Virus record (IMG/VR): IMGVR_UViG_3300013902_000009
Coordinates: 35,818 to 99,817 of that record
DNA: 64,000 nt
Direction: 5' to 3' (one strand)
Origin: a virus
Lineage: Duplodnaviria; Caudoviricetes
Part shown: positions 11,101 through 20,162 of the stretch, in pieces
Layout: every line of letters begins with the position of its first letter
Numbering within the stretch: the first letter of the stretch is position 1
The notes under the pieces: generated by a model
What the model was told of the DNA's origin: nothing
The model's database searches: none
The model's input: the letters and a program-made list of their open reading frames with translations, nothing else
Made by a program: the position numbers and the translations under genes

Positions 11101-13211
11101 CTAATAAAATAGTTAGCGAGAAGGTATATTATTATGTATCTAACTCATATATTAATTTGCCTAGCTCTATATCTTCGGCTGACTGGTCAGAAACACCTTT
11201 TGATTTGGAGCCGGGTCAGTATCTTTATATAAAAAAGGTACGTACTTGGGAATCTGGTGATGTAACATACGATTACTCTTGGACTAGATCCGGTCTTGAT
11301 GGATTCTCTAACCTTCCTTTTATATCAACTGTATTTACTATAAGTAGTTCTCAACCATCTACTCCTTCTGGTGGAACATATAGCAAACCATTGCCAGATT
11401 CTACATCTTGGTCTGATGGAATACCTAGTGGTTCTGGTACTATCTGGCTGTCTACTAGAAAGTTTACGGTTGACGGAGCGAATCCACAAGAGGCTACTTG
11501 GTCAACGCCTATCAAAGCTACATCTGATATAGATTCAAGTGGAAACGGTTGGAATATAAGATATTCATCTCTGACTGCATGTCCTAAAGCTCCAGATGTA
11601 GATGTTGCTTCTGCTTGGCATACAACTCCTCTTGCAGCAGATATTTGGGGTGCCTTCCAAAAGGTAGCTAACAATATTAAAAGCCCTTGGAATGTTAGGA
11701 GAATATATGGCGAAGGTATAAAAATAGAAGCTGAGACTACATCGGCTGCAACTCCTTTTATGGGCGAATGGAATGCAGATACAGAATACTACGGAACAAA
11801 AACTAGAACAGATATAGTTAGGGTTAGTGGTACTTCTGGCGCTGATGATCCAAATACTTACTATTACATAGCTAATAAGGCTAAGAATTTTGATGGAGAA
11901 ATAACTCCTCAACCGGGTACAACAGCAGGCGAAGCATATTGGCTTAAGTTTGGTGCTAACTTTGATAATATAGCTACTGGATTCTTGTTTAGCGAGAAGA
12001 TATCTACTCAGATTATTGACGCAGTAAATGCTAAAATTGATAATCTTGATGTAGATAATTTGGTGGCTAAAAAGTTAAGAACAAATGAGAGTGGTAATCT
12101 TATATCTATAGAGAATAATAAGATATTATCTTTAACATCTGACGCTACAACTTTTACTGTTGATCCAGAAATTGAAATTACGTCAAGCCTTGGACTTTCT
12201 TGTGATAATACGGTATCGTATTCTGGCAACAAAACAATTTATGGCACATCAATAACGTCTACTTCCAATTCTGTAATAAGTCAAACTGTAACGTTAACAA
12301 CTATATCTAGAAAAAATTTTAATGGATATCTTAAATCAATCGTAGCTAGTAAAGATAGAATACGTATAGTTATTAGTGGAGCCAATATAACATATTTTTC
12401 TGCTGGGTTTACAATTACAGCAAAAGGAAATTCATCATCTTCTACACCTATTACTTTAGCTAGTTGCACTGTAGTTAGAAGGTCATTATGTTATGATTAT
12501 ATTGAAATTAAACCAACAAGTGTAAAAAAGCTACCATTAAGTGATGGAGATATATTTACTATAAGTATAAATTATAGTTATGTTATAACTAAACCTAATT
12601 CGAGCACAACTACAATAGGTGCTACTCTGATTGATGGTGGAACTATTAAAATATTTGATAATGATAATATATTTATTGGAAAAGACGGAATGAGGATAGG
12701 CTCAAATTTAGGAGGACAAAAAATTCTTATGAGCGTTAATAGAGAATCTAATGATATATTATCAATATCAGATGGCGATAATGATATTTTTACAATAGGA
12801 AGTTCGTTAAAAGTAAACACTGATAGCAGGGGGTTAGTTGAATTAAATAATCCAATGATTTATAATATTGGTAGTAATACATCAATAGCTAAAGATGATA
12901 TGGATAAAATTTACTCTTGCTTTGTTAATGGGACTCCTGTTTATTTAAAAGGTGTATATGATGCAACTTTTGGTTCTAATACTAGAACTGTTTCATATAT
13001 GTCTATGATAGAAAGTATGTATCCAGCAAGTAGTTTAACTACAGGTGGAACATGTACATTCTTGGCTACGTGTGGATTACATGATATGAGTAACTTAACA
13101 GATACAACAGATTATAGATTAAATATATTCATTAAAGGTTCTATAAGTACAGTAAGTGGTGGCATATTTAGCGGAGCTGCTACTGTATCAATTTATCAAC
13201 ACACTGTATAA
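8136..13211 (+). CDS. large tail/virion fibre protein with collagen-like G-X-Y tracts and internal duplication
   Basis: DGEDGKPGKDGDDG, KGEKGEDG, PYLHIKYSNDGG...YIG...YTW fibre module, Gly linkers; S/T-rich beta C-terminal region; ATG at 8136 overlaps the portal TGA. Confidence 0.75.
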   Translation: MDEIVKGVVETTSVPENVEQLVKINIKDGKASATLFANPNGSSIKRRLDELEERFNNLKTINYEELYGPGNIDIKQGGGSSGGGEGDVTKVYVDEQDEKTLTKAKEYTDSKVGSEITNLRDYVDKTSSTILEQAKEYADSLSYGGGEGGDKATVVLIDAVNRASQARTEAYTAHKEGKAIVLKCAADKYIPMTVTAESNDSVDLKGFDLSYSGYEYIPEVTLVTRMWTLDSKGLNYTEKSVPINSCRTFDCTGSSNVSNIFNYALDTYNKGLSVILKVNTNTFVLANTATSDSLIGYSFQFNPGKLENGESGIVSVDIVRWRLTSSGVTRDSFSTEGGGGSTGGGVTLTQYYSTNTVAKNTLPSNPSDDPTFWNQTKQTVDSIWAAQKATGYDWTMWKLLPKDGEDGKPGKDGDDGITPNTSFKSMVFKRTNTKPDAPDASEGSYNNPVPSGWSDGAPSGEEQLWMSTRIFSSDGESPQQSAWTTPSAVSDNEFMDYEFSSKENPGEPNKKTPSSPELNTNWSNEADTSTIWMAMRQVSNGAYAEGSSWKIMKIKGEKGEDGTSVKIKGKLNSTDELPKSGNTIGDAYLIDGDLWIWDGDSWENVGKIKGEKGDDGNDGKSPYLHIKYSNDGGNTFTDNNGEVPGDYIGMYWDYIIDDSSDTSSYTWKYVRGEDGFGYEYIFKLTETYEAPDVPQIGDDYDDYLPTGWTDDAGDVSEDMPFCWVCYRRKISGHWSAYKGSSKTPGKAALFCSFGTSGVDAITVDFTNDVDGVNLTYEGKVDGEQTVSTYVGAFEGEDAAEIKKIEYTPISGVTISTSTTGSGIDNYPGIITATFADGSEALKEGINSIDVKVTIRCKNATSIEHVSKKTFKVLGNKPGAPGQDAVTYRIITNVHSVRKFSDGSYDTDSISVKKVEKRVGRGDFVETTEGVIKYCIDTYDESKAVTIALNTGVSVANINKFISFYYYVDGKLADGPEDVPINVDGEMGATNKIVSEKVYYYVSNSYINLPSSISSADWSETPFDLEPGQYLYIKKVRTWESGDVTYDYSWTRSGLDGFSNLPFISTVFTISSSQPSTPSGGTYSKPLPDSTSWSDGIPSGSGTIWLSTRKFTVDGANPQEATWSTPIKATSDIDSSGNGWNIRYSSLTACPKAPDVDVASAWHTTPLAADIWGAFQKVANNIKSPWNVRRIYGEGIKIEAETTSAATPFMGEWNADTEYYGTKTRTDIVRVSGTSGADDPNTYYYIANKAKNFDGEITPQPGTTAGEAYWLKFGANFDNIATGFLFSEKISTQIIDAVNAKIDNLDVDNLVAKKLRTNESGNLISIENNKILSLTSDATTFTVDPEIEITSSLGLSCDNTVSYSGNKTIYGTSITSTSNSVISQTVTLTTISRKNFNGYLKSIVASKDRIRIVISGANITYFSAGFTITAKGNSSSSTPITLASCTVVRRSLCYDYIEIKPTSVKKLPLSDGDIFTISINYSYVITKPNSSTTTIGATLIDGGTIKIFDNDNIFIGKDGMRIGSNLGGQKILMSVNRESNDILSISDGDNDIFTIGSSLKVNTDSRGLVELNNPMIYNIGSNTSIAKDDMDKIYSCFVNGTPVYLKGVYDATFGSNTRTVSYMSMIESMYPASSLTTGGTCTFLATCGLHDMSNLTDTTDYRLNIFIKGSISTVSGGIFSGAATVSIYQHTV

Positions 13212-13248
13212 ATTTATACGTATTATTATTTAGTAAAGAATATCTTAA

Positions 13249-13860
13249 ATGAAGAATAACTTTCTAATTATTTGTGCTTTCCTTATCGTTTTGGCGTTTG
13301 GTATTATTTTACTTCAAAGCCAAACGATAAGGAAGTATAAATATGATATTTCCACGCTTGCGTCTAATAATAAAGCGTTAGCTGTACAGTTAGATTCATC
13401 TAATAATATTGCAATTGAGTTTAAGAATACTATAGAATCGCTTGAATATTATAACGACTCTATATCCTATAAATTAAAAAATGCATATGAGAAATTGCGT
13501 ATTAAGGATAAAACAATGAAGCGTCTTGAGTATATCGCATCAACGGCGTTAATACGTGACAGTATTATCGTTAAAGATACTATCTTTGTTGAGAATTATC
13601 ATCTTGACACATCTATTGTAAACAAGTGGTACAATATAGACGTTAAGCTGAATTATCCAAATAAAATTGAGGTTAAACCAAAGATTGTAAGCGAAAAGTA
13701 TATAGTGTCGCATGCATCGAGGGAAACCATCAATAAACCGAAAAAATTCTTCTTATGGAGGTTATTCCAAAAGAAGCACAATATTGTAAGGGTGGAAGTT
13801 GTTGAGGAGAACCCGTATATAACAAATACACAAACAAAATTTATAGAGATTGTGAAATGA
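13249..13860 (+). CDS. membrane-anchored coiled-coil protein, spanin (Rz)-like
   Basis: N-terminal TM helix, coiled coil, RDSIIVKDTIF and KKFFLWRLF; adjacent to holin-like gene. Confidence 0.55.
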   Translation: MKNNFLIICAFLIVLAFGIILLQSQTIRKYKYDISTLASNNKALAVQLDSSNNIAIEFKNTIESLEYYNDSISYKLKNAYEKLRIKDKTMKRLEYIASTALIRDSIIVKDTIFVENYHLDTSIVNKWYNIDVKLNYPNKIEVKPKIVSEKYIVSHASRETINKPKKFFLWRLFQKKHNIVRVEVVEENPYITNTQTKFIEIVK

Positions 13861-14174
13861 GCGAATTACTTATCACTATTGTTACAGCGGTAATATCCTC
13901 AGCCGCATCAGGCTGGGCCGGTTGGTTCTTTGCGAGGAGAAAGTATAATGCAGAGGTTGAGTCAAACGACTTGCAAAACCTAAGAGATAGGGTGCAGGTT
14001 GTAAATGACATTATAGCCACCTTAAAGACTGAGCTTGATAGAATCAACGACGAAAATCAAAAACTTCGTGACGAAAATGACTTGATGGACCGTAAGATAA
14101 CAAACCTTACAACCATTATTTTAAATCATGGAATAAACATAAAAAAAGAGTTGAAAGATGTTGAAGAATCTTAA
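13857..14174 (+). CDS. holin-like membrane protein
   Basis: N-terminal TM (LLITIVTAVISSAASGWAGWFF), RRK, then coiled coil; 105 aa. Confidence 0.55.
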   Translation: MSELLITIVTAVISSAASGWAGWFFARRKYNAEVESNDLQNLRDRVQVVNDIIATLKTELDRINDENQKLRDENDLMDRKITNLTTIILNHGINIKKELKDVEES

Positions 14175-17100
14175 TGTAATAAAATCGGAGTACGCACCAA
14201 AGGATACTACTGCTCTTTGGCTTAAAAAAGAGGGTAATAAGGCATTGCTTCTTTGGTTTGACGGGATAGAATGGGCGCCATTGACTGCAGATGTTAAGGG
14301 TGATTCTGTTATAGGAGATATACCATCTGGTGTAAATACAAGAGGTACATCTGCTGAGTTTTTTAAGTCTCTTCTAGATGAATTTAATAATGGAAATATA
14401 GAACTAAATGGATTTTTCCAAGGGCAGGTAGAAATGTCTGACCTTCCATGTGACATAGGGAATGCAGAAGCTACAATACAAGTTATAGAGGGATTAAATG
14501 GCACTCCTATATTTAATGTTGAAGTAACTACTACGTCGTATGATGAAAAATACTCGCCATATAGATGGGATTATTCGTCAAGAAACGGCACGTTTGATTC
14601 TTGGAATGCTAGAACTATAGGTGATAAAGCTGATAAAACCGTTGTTGATGAGATATCTAAAAAAGTGGCAAGTCTTGAAGGATTCTTTACTGATGGCAAG
14701 GCAAATACAGCTTTGACTTTGGAAGGATTTAATAAAGACAATTACTATACTAAATCAGATACGGATAATAAGGTAGCTTCTGTGGTTAATGGATTGTCAT
14801 GGAAAGAAGCAGTCGATAATGTCGCGATGTTGAAGGCCATTAAATCCCCTAAAGAGGGTTGGACTATATCTATAAAAGATACAAATGCTATCTATCGTTT
14901 CGATGATAATAACAGCGCTATAGAAGATTCTTCTGATAGCAATATAATAGTGGCTACTGATAAAACAGCTGGAGCTTGGGTACTGCTTGGTACTGCTGTA
15001 TATTCTGTTGCTACAGATAAAGCTGATGGTTTAATGAGTAAGTCTGATAAGGCTGCGCTAGATAAGACTGTAACTGATATTTTAGACTTGAATACTACGG
15101 TATCTAATAAAGCTAATAAAAGTGATATTCCAGACGTAACAGGCTTCGCTAAAGCAAAAGATGTAGAAGATACTTATGCTAAAAAAACAGATATTCCAAA
15201 TATAAGCGATTTGCAAAAAACCGCTGATGCTGATGCTAAGTATGTAAGTAAAGATGGATACGTTGCATTTAGTCAAGAAGAAAAAGACAAACTAAATGGA
15301 TTGAAGAATTATACTCTTCCAATAGCCACAGATGAGGTTTTGGGAGGTATTAAGGTTGGTTCTGGTATTAACAAAACTGATGATGGTATAATTTCTGTTG
15401 ATGTTAGTGGCAAGCTTGATAAAACAGAAGCTGAAAGCACCTATGCTAAAAAAGATGATATTCCTAATGTATCTGGTTTTATAACAGAAGCTAACGCTGA
15501 TAATAAATATGTAGCCAAGGATGGTTATATAGAATTTAGTCAAGAAGAGAAAGATAAACTTGGTAGCCTTGAGAATTATACGCTTCCAATAGCTACCGAT
15601 AAATCCCTAGGAGGAGTCAAAATCGGTTTTGGTATAAATAAAGATGCTGATGGAGTTATATCTGTAGCGACTGTTGATATAGATGGTAAGCTAGACAAGA
15701 CTGAGGCTGAGAATACTTATGCTAAAAAGACTGATATACCTACAGTTCCAGACGTATCAGATTTTATTACAGAGACTAATGCTGATGGTAAATACGTAGC
15801 AAAAGAAGGCTATACTGCTTATACAGAAGAAGAGAAGACTAAGCTTGCAGGGCTTAATAATTATACTCTTCCACAAGCAACAGATAGTACTCTTGGTGGG
15901 GTAAAGATAGGTTCTGGTATTAATCTAGCTAATGATGGTACTATTTCAGTAGAAGCAAGCAGTTCAACTCTACCAGATTCTGTATTTTTAGATATGGTAA
16001 GCTATGGTATTGAGTGGGATACAGAAGTCGCTGATTCTGCTTGTACTCGTATTGGTAATATGTCTATGCATAAAACACTCCCTATTCAATCTGGATTTAA
16101 GGGTTGTGTTGCCAAAGGAAAAGATATACAATACTATCTCGATCCTAATGATTGGTCTAAAAAAGCTGATGGTTCTGCTTCCGTGCTTGATGGTACAGAT
16201 GGAGATGTACGTGTAGATACTGGCTGTAAGTGGTATTATAAAGGATTTGAGAGTGGTACCAAACGTCAATTTAGGATGTCTCAAACACAAGTTGATTCTA
16301 CTTGGGTTGAGGTTCCTAGAATGCTTGTAAGTGCTTGGGGTGTTACTCTTGATAGAACTGATTCTACTACACCTAAGGCTCGTGTTGTTATGAATACGAC
16401 TGCCAATTTTAGAGGTGGTAAGTATAGCTTAGATGGTTTTGATAAGTATCTTACAACGCTTCCTTGTAGAAGTAATCTTGGCAAACCTACTACTTATGTT
16501 TCTAGACATGATATGAGAACTTACATAGCCAATGCTGCTAACAACCAAGAGATACTTTGTTATGATTTCTATAAGGCTCTTGTTTGGTGTTATTATGTGG
16601 AATATGCTAATTTTAACTGTCAATTACCTTTTAATGCTGAATTAACAAGTGAAGGTTATCATCAAGGTGGACTTGGTAATGGCTTGACCACTTTTGATAA
16701 TTCAGCTTGGCAAGGTTTTAATAGTTACAATCCTATTACTCCTTGTGGTTATCTTAATGATATTGGTAATTTTAGCGGAATAAAAGAATTATCTATTCCA
16801 GAAATAGTTATAAATGATACTTTAACTATCAGTGATAAATTAACCCCTTGTAAATACAGAGGTTTTGAAAATCTATTCGGGGATTGTTGGAAGAATCTTG
16901 AAGGAATTGTTTTACAAAAACCAGATGCAGATTCTGCCAATGTTATATATGCTACATCCGATAATACAAAGTTTGACGATGAGATTTCCAATAAGGAGAT
17001 TCGTGGGATTGAGGCAAAAACGGAAGGACATATAAAGACATTTGTGTTTGGTGATAAGGCTGAGATTATATCTGCGACAACTGGTGGCAATGCCTCTACA

Positions 17101-17268
17101 TATAAAACTGATTATCATTCTACTAATAAGGATACAAGTAAAAAAACGGCCCTCTTTGGTGGCTCTGCTTTTAACGGTCTTGATGCGGGTTTTGGTTATT
17201 TGTATTCCAGTCGCAATGTCGGTGATGCCAATACTTATCAGGGTTTCTTTAGTGTTATAAGATTATAA
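14158..17268 (+). CDS. tail fibre / receptor-binding protein with C-terminal DGR-target (C-type lectin/Mtd-like) domain
   Basis: ATDKADGLMSKSDK, three YTLP.AT...LGG.K.G repeats, YGIEWD...RIGN...H.TLPIQS, YRGFENLFGDCW and terminal ALFGGSAFNGLDAGFGYLYS...ANTYQGF. Confidence 0.85.
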   Translation: MLKNLNVIKSEYAPKDTTALWLKKEGNKALLLWFDGIEWAPLTADVKGDSVIGDIPSGVNTRGTSAEFFKSLLDEFNNGNIELNGFFQGQVEMSDLPCDIGNAEATIQVIEGLNGTPIFNVEVTTTSYDEKYSPYRWDYSSRNGTFDSWNARTIGDKADKTVVDEISKKVASLEGFFTDGKANTALTLEGFNKDNYYTKSDTDNKVASVVNGLSWKEAVDNVAMLKAIKSPKEGWTISIKDTNAIYRFDDNNSAIEDSSDSNIIVATDKTAGAWVLLGTAVYSVATDKADGLMSKSDKAALDKTVTDILDLNTTVSNKANKSDIPDVTGFAKAKDVEDTYAKKTDIPNISDLQKTADADAKYVSKDGYVAFSQEEKDKLNGLKNYTLPIATDEVLGGIKVGSGINKTDDGIISVDVSGKLDKTEAESTYAKKDDIPNVSGFITEANADNKYVAKDGYIEFSQEEKDKLGSLENYTLPIATDKSLGGVKIGFGINKDADGVISVATVDIDGKLDKTEAENTYAKKTDIPTVPDVSDFITETNADGKYVAKEGYTAYTEEEKTKLAGLNNYTLPQATDSTLGGVKIGSGINLANDGTISVEASSSTLPDSVFLDMVSYGIEWDTEVADSACTRIGNMSMHKTLPIQSGFKGCVAKGKDIQYYLDPNDWSKKADGSASVLDGTDGDVRVDTGCKWYYKGFESGTKRQFRMSQTQVDSTWVEVPRMLVSAWGVTLDRTDSTTPKARVVMNTTANFRGGKYSLDGFDKYLTTLPCRSNLGKPTTYVSRHDMRTYIANAANNQEILCYDFYKALVWCYYVEYANFNCQLPFNAELTSEGYHQGGLGNGLTTFDNSAWQGFNSYNPITPCGYLNDIGNFSGIKELSIPEIVINDTLTISDKLTPCKYRGFENLFGDCWKNLEGIVLQKPDADSANVIYATSDNTKFDDEISNKEIRGIEAKTEGHIKTFVFGDKAEIISATTGGNASTYKTDYHSTNKDTSKKTALFGGSAFNGLDAGFGYLYSSRNVGDANTYQGFFSVIRL
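15166..15953 (+). repeat. three tandem intragenic repeats (~89-92 aa)
   Basis: E.TYAKK.DIP...KYV.K.GY...EEK.KL..L.NYTLP.ATD..LGG.K.G.GIN...DG.ISV starting at 15166, 15433 and 15709. Confidence 0.9.
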
Positions 17269-17328
17269 TAATAAAAAAAATATAAAAAAGGTTGTTCAAT
17301 ATCATATATTGACATTTACTAAAAAAAA

Positions 17329-17363
17329 GCCTTATTTAGTGGTAATGCTAATAATGGTACTAA
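17329..17363 (+). pseudogene. remnant of DGR template repeat (5' fragment)
   Basis: GCCTTATTTAGTGGTAATGCTAATAATGGTACTAA aligns without gaps to 17149-17183; 8 of 12 mismatches are at template adenines. Confidence 0.65.
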
Positions 17364-17375
17364 AAATATGATTGT

Positions 17376-18200
17376 ATGGAAATAAAACAATATTTTAAAA
17401 CAAATGATGAACCAGTGATATTAAATAGGCTTGGTAATAACCAGTACATTTATACACAAGTTATAGAAACTGGTAACGAGGATGTTACCGATAAGGATGG
17501 TAACACAGAAAATAAGCCTTATTGGATTTGTGTTTGGGTACAACTTGCAGGCGTACCTAACTACAAGTCATGCGTTAAAGGTATAATCCGCAACTATTAT
17601 TCAGCAGAGGACGAGCTTAAATTTATCAATATAGGCTCAAAACTGCAACTAGACTTTGATGTTAACGAGGATGAGTTTGAGGAATACAAGGAGTACCTCA
17701 ATACTGTTAATACCATTAAAGTAAGAACACGAGCTGATTTTGGTATTGATGAGCCTGATGTGCAAAAGGTAGACAAGGTAAAGTCGTCAGATATGACGGA
17801 ATTAATTAAACTGATGGCGAATACGGTTACTATAGATGACTCGAAAGCTCTTACTATAAAGTCTATATATCCTAGATTTGAAGAACTTATAGGTCACGTT
17901 GTAAATAAGGATTCTAAACTGCTTTACAATGATACTCTTTATAAGGTATTGCAAGAGCATACTGTAGCATCCGAGCATAAACCGGGTGTAGGTACAGAAT
18001 CACTCTATACTGAGATTTGTGAGACTCATAGCGGTACCGCTGATGACCCTATTCCTTACAATAACAATATGGCTCTTGAGAATGGTAAGTATTACTCACA
18101 AGACGGAGTTATCTATAAGTGTACAAGAGATACTATTAATCCTATATATAATCAACTCAAGGATTTGATAGGAATATATGTTGAAGTTTACGAAGGTTAA
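17376..18200 (+). CDS. fibre-associated protein with C-terminal carbohydrate-binding-like module
   Basis: LYKVLQEHT...PG..TESLYTEI...DDPIPY...MALENGKYY.QDG..YKCTRD motif seen in phage fibre-assembly / CBM5/12-like proteins. Confidence 0.55.
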   Translation: MEIKQYFKTNDEPVILNRLGNNQYIYTQVIETGNEDVTDKDGNTENKPYWICVWVQLAGVPNYKSCVKGIIRNYYSAEDELKFINIGSKLQLDFDVNEDEFEEYKEYLNTVNTIKVRTRADFGIDEPDVQKVDKVKSSDMTELIKLMANTVTIDDSKALTIKSIYPRFEELIGHVVNKDSKLLYNDTLYKVLQEHTVASEHKPGVGTESLYTEICETHSGTADDPIPYNNNMALENGKYYSQDGVIYKCTRDTINPIYNQLKDLIGIYVEVYEG

Positions 18201-18214
18201 TTAAACTTTATATT

Positions 18215-18346
18215 ATGGGTACTAAAACAAAATCCGATAGCAAGCAAAAACAAAAGAAAAAGACTGGTAGACCAAAACCAATGGTGTCAAAAGCAGGTCT
18301 AACTAAAAATAAGTATTCTTGCGGTGGACGAATCAAAAATTCTTGA
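18215..18346 (+). CDS. 43-aa basic microprotein (not in ORF track)
   Basis: MGTKTKSDSKQKQKKKTGRPKPMVSKAGLTKNKYSCGGRIKNS*; AT-rich leader; fills the gap between two genes. Confidence 0.65.
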   Translation: MGTKTKSDSKQKQKKKTGRPKPMVSKAGLTKNKYSCGGRIKNS

Positions 18347-18740
18347 TAGATACATAATTAACAAGCTATTTGTTATAACACTTAAATACGCTCCGGCATT
18401 AATGTCGATATGTTGCATACTAAATACTACCGGAGCGTATTTTGGTTACGAAATGGGTTGGCTAAGTTTTATATCTGGAATATCTTTGATACCTTGGCTC
18501 TTCCTTTTGTTAGCTTCGAGAGTTTTTAAATTTTGTGTATATCATAGGTTTATGCTATATTATATAGCGATTGACAATATTGTAAATATAATTGACTATC
18601 ATATTGGTATTCCTGTTGATGATTACAATATACTTATGATTCATTATATTATACTCGGTGTTATTATGATGATTGCTGTTTATAAACATACTAAAAAGAT
18701 TCACAATGAACGTAAAAGACAAAATAAAAAGACTGCATGA
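18324..18740 (+). CDS. multi-pass membrane protein (about 4 TM)
   Basis: Several hydrophobic helices and a basic C-terminus; GTG start uncertain. Confidence 0.65.
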   Translation: MDESKILDRYIINKLFVITLKYAPALMSICCILNTTGAYFGYEMGWLSFISGISLIPWLFLLLASRVFKFCVYHRFMLYYIAIDNIVNIIDYHIGIPVDDYNILMIHYIILGVIMMIAVYKHTKKIHNERKRQNKKTA

Positions 18741-20157
18741 GGTTGTTGTGTCCCAAAAGACACCCACGGATACTAATGTCTTGTGGATTAAAAAGAATGT
18801 AAATTCAACATTTACATTTTATATTAACGATGGAATCGATTGGGTGACACCATCCTCAAGCTCTTCTTCTGGAACGGAATTATCAGATAAGCAGTTGAAT
18901 GCAATATTTAAAGCTGATAAGATTGTAATAGATGGCGATGGCAATATGTTTCTATCAAACGACGGAACGTATAAATCGCTTGATTCATTCTTGGAAGGAT
19001 ATGCTAAGCTTACAGATATACCTCATTTTACATCGGAGCTAAATAATGATAAAGGCTTTATTACCGAGGTGGACCTGAAAGAAATTTCATATACAAAGAG
19101 TGAAATTGATAACAAAATATTAACTAACGGTGGTTTTAGCGCATCACTTTATTATACAAAGGAAGATGTAGATAATATCGTTAATAATAAAGCAAAGCAA
19201 CTTGAAGCTTTTGATTGCTCCGCATTCTTTAGATTACAAGTTGGTGACGATTGTAGTAAAATATACGCTGCTTTAGAGACAGCTGTTAAGAATAAGAGAA
19301 GACTATATACTACTGTAACAAAGTATGATACAGATACAATATATAAGGAAGTATTCTCAAATTTTGAAAGCTACTATGATGTAGATGATGTATTGTCACC
19401 ATCTGTAAGAATACATGCTCTACTTGATGATGGCCGTATTGAATATGTTACTATAGGTAGCCCAGAGGCTTCAGATAGGACAAATAGTAAATATGCTATT
19501 ATTGAAGAAATCGGTGTATCTGGCAGTCAATATCAACAATATGATTGTACTTACTTTTTTGTATCACCAGAAGGTACTATCGTTGATGAGCATTATGATG
19601 AGTTAGTAAATGCAATTAAAAAGGGGTATTTCCTTTATACTACATATAGTATCTATAAAGATGAAGCCGATAAATATATACAAGTAATTCCTAGCGTAGA
19701 TGATTATAATGCTCCGTGGATTGATTTGATCGCTTTTAATGATTGTGTTGGAGACGAAGGCAACGTAATTGTTGAGTATGTATATATTAGGGAAAATAAT
19801 ACTGAGCAACAAGGTAAGACTATTATAGAGTCTAAAAAAGACAAGCTTCTAGTTGATGATACTATACTTAAGACAGTAAACGGTCAATCTCTAATTGGTT
19901 CTGGTGATATTAAGATAGAATCAGATGTGACATATGTTAATGTACCAGAACTACAAGAAGATTATATGGTACAATCTGGAGAGGAAAATAAAGAGATTAT
20001 ATATACTATTGAAGTAGGCGATACGGTGTATTCTATAACAGGAGATTCAACTCTGCGTTGGATTAATAGTGACGCTCCTGTTGCTAGCGCAAATTGCACT
20101 TATGTAATCTCTGTTATTGGAACGTTTGCGGTATGGGGTGAATTTCCAAAAGAGTAA
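18706..20157 (+). CDS. virion fibre/spike-like protein
   Basis: Likely ATG at 18706; PTDTNVLWIKK, DGDGNMFLSNDGTYK, SELNNDKGFIT, YTKSEID and LKTVNGQSLIGSGDI fibre motifs. Confidence 0.65.
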   Translation: MNVKDKIKRLHEVVVSQKTPTDTNVLWIKKNVNSTFTFYINDGIDWVTPSSSSSSGTELSDKQLNAIFKADKIVIDGDGNMFLSNDGTYKSLDSFLEGYAKLTDIPHFTSELNNDKGFITEVDLKEISYTKSEIDNKILTNGGFSASLYYTKEDVDNIVNNKAKQLEAFDCSAFFRLQVGDDCSKIYAALETAVKNKRRLYTTVTKYDTDTIYKEVFSNFESYYDVDDVLSPSVRIHALLDDGRIEYVTIGSPEASDRTNSKYAIIEEIGVSGSQYQQYDCTYFFVSPEGTIVDEHYDELVNAIKKGYFLYTTYSIYKDEADKYIQVIPSVDDYNAPWIDLIAFNDCVGDEGNVIVEYVYIRENNTEQQGKTIIESKKDKLLVDDTILKTVNGQSLIGSGDIKIESDVTYVNVPELQEDYMVQSGEENKEIIYTIEVGDTVYSITGDSTLRWINSDAPVASANCTYVISVIGTFAVWGEFPKE

Positions 20158-20162
20158 TAATT

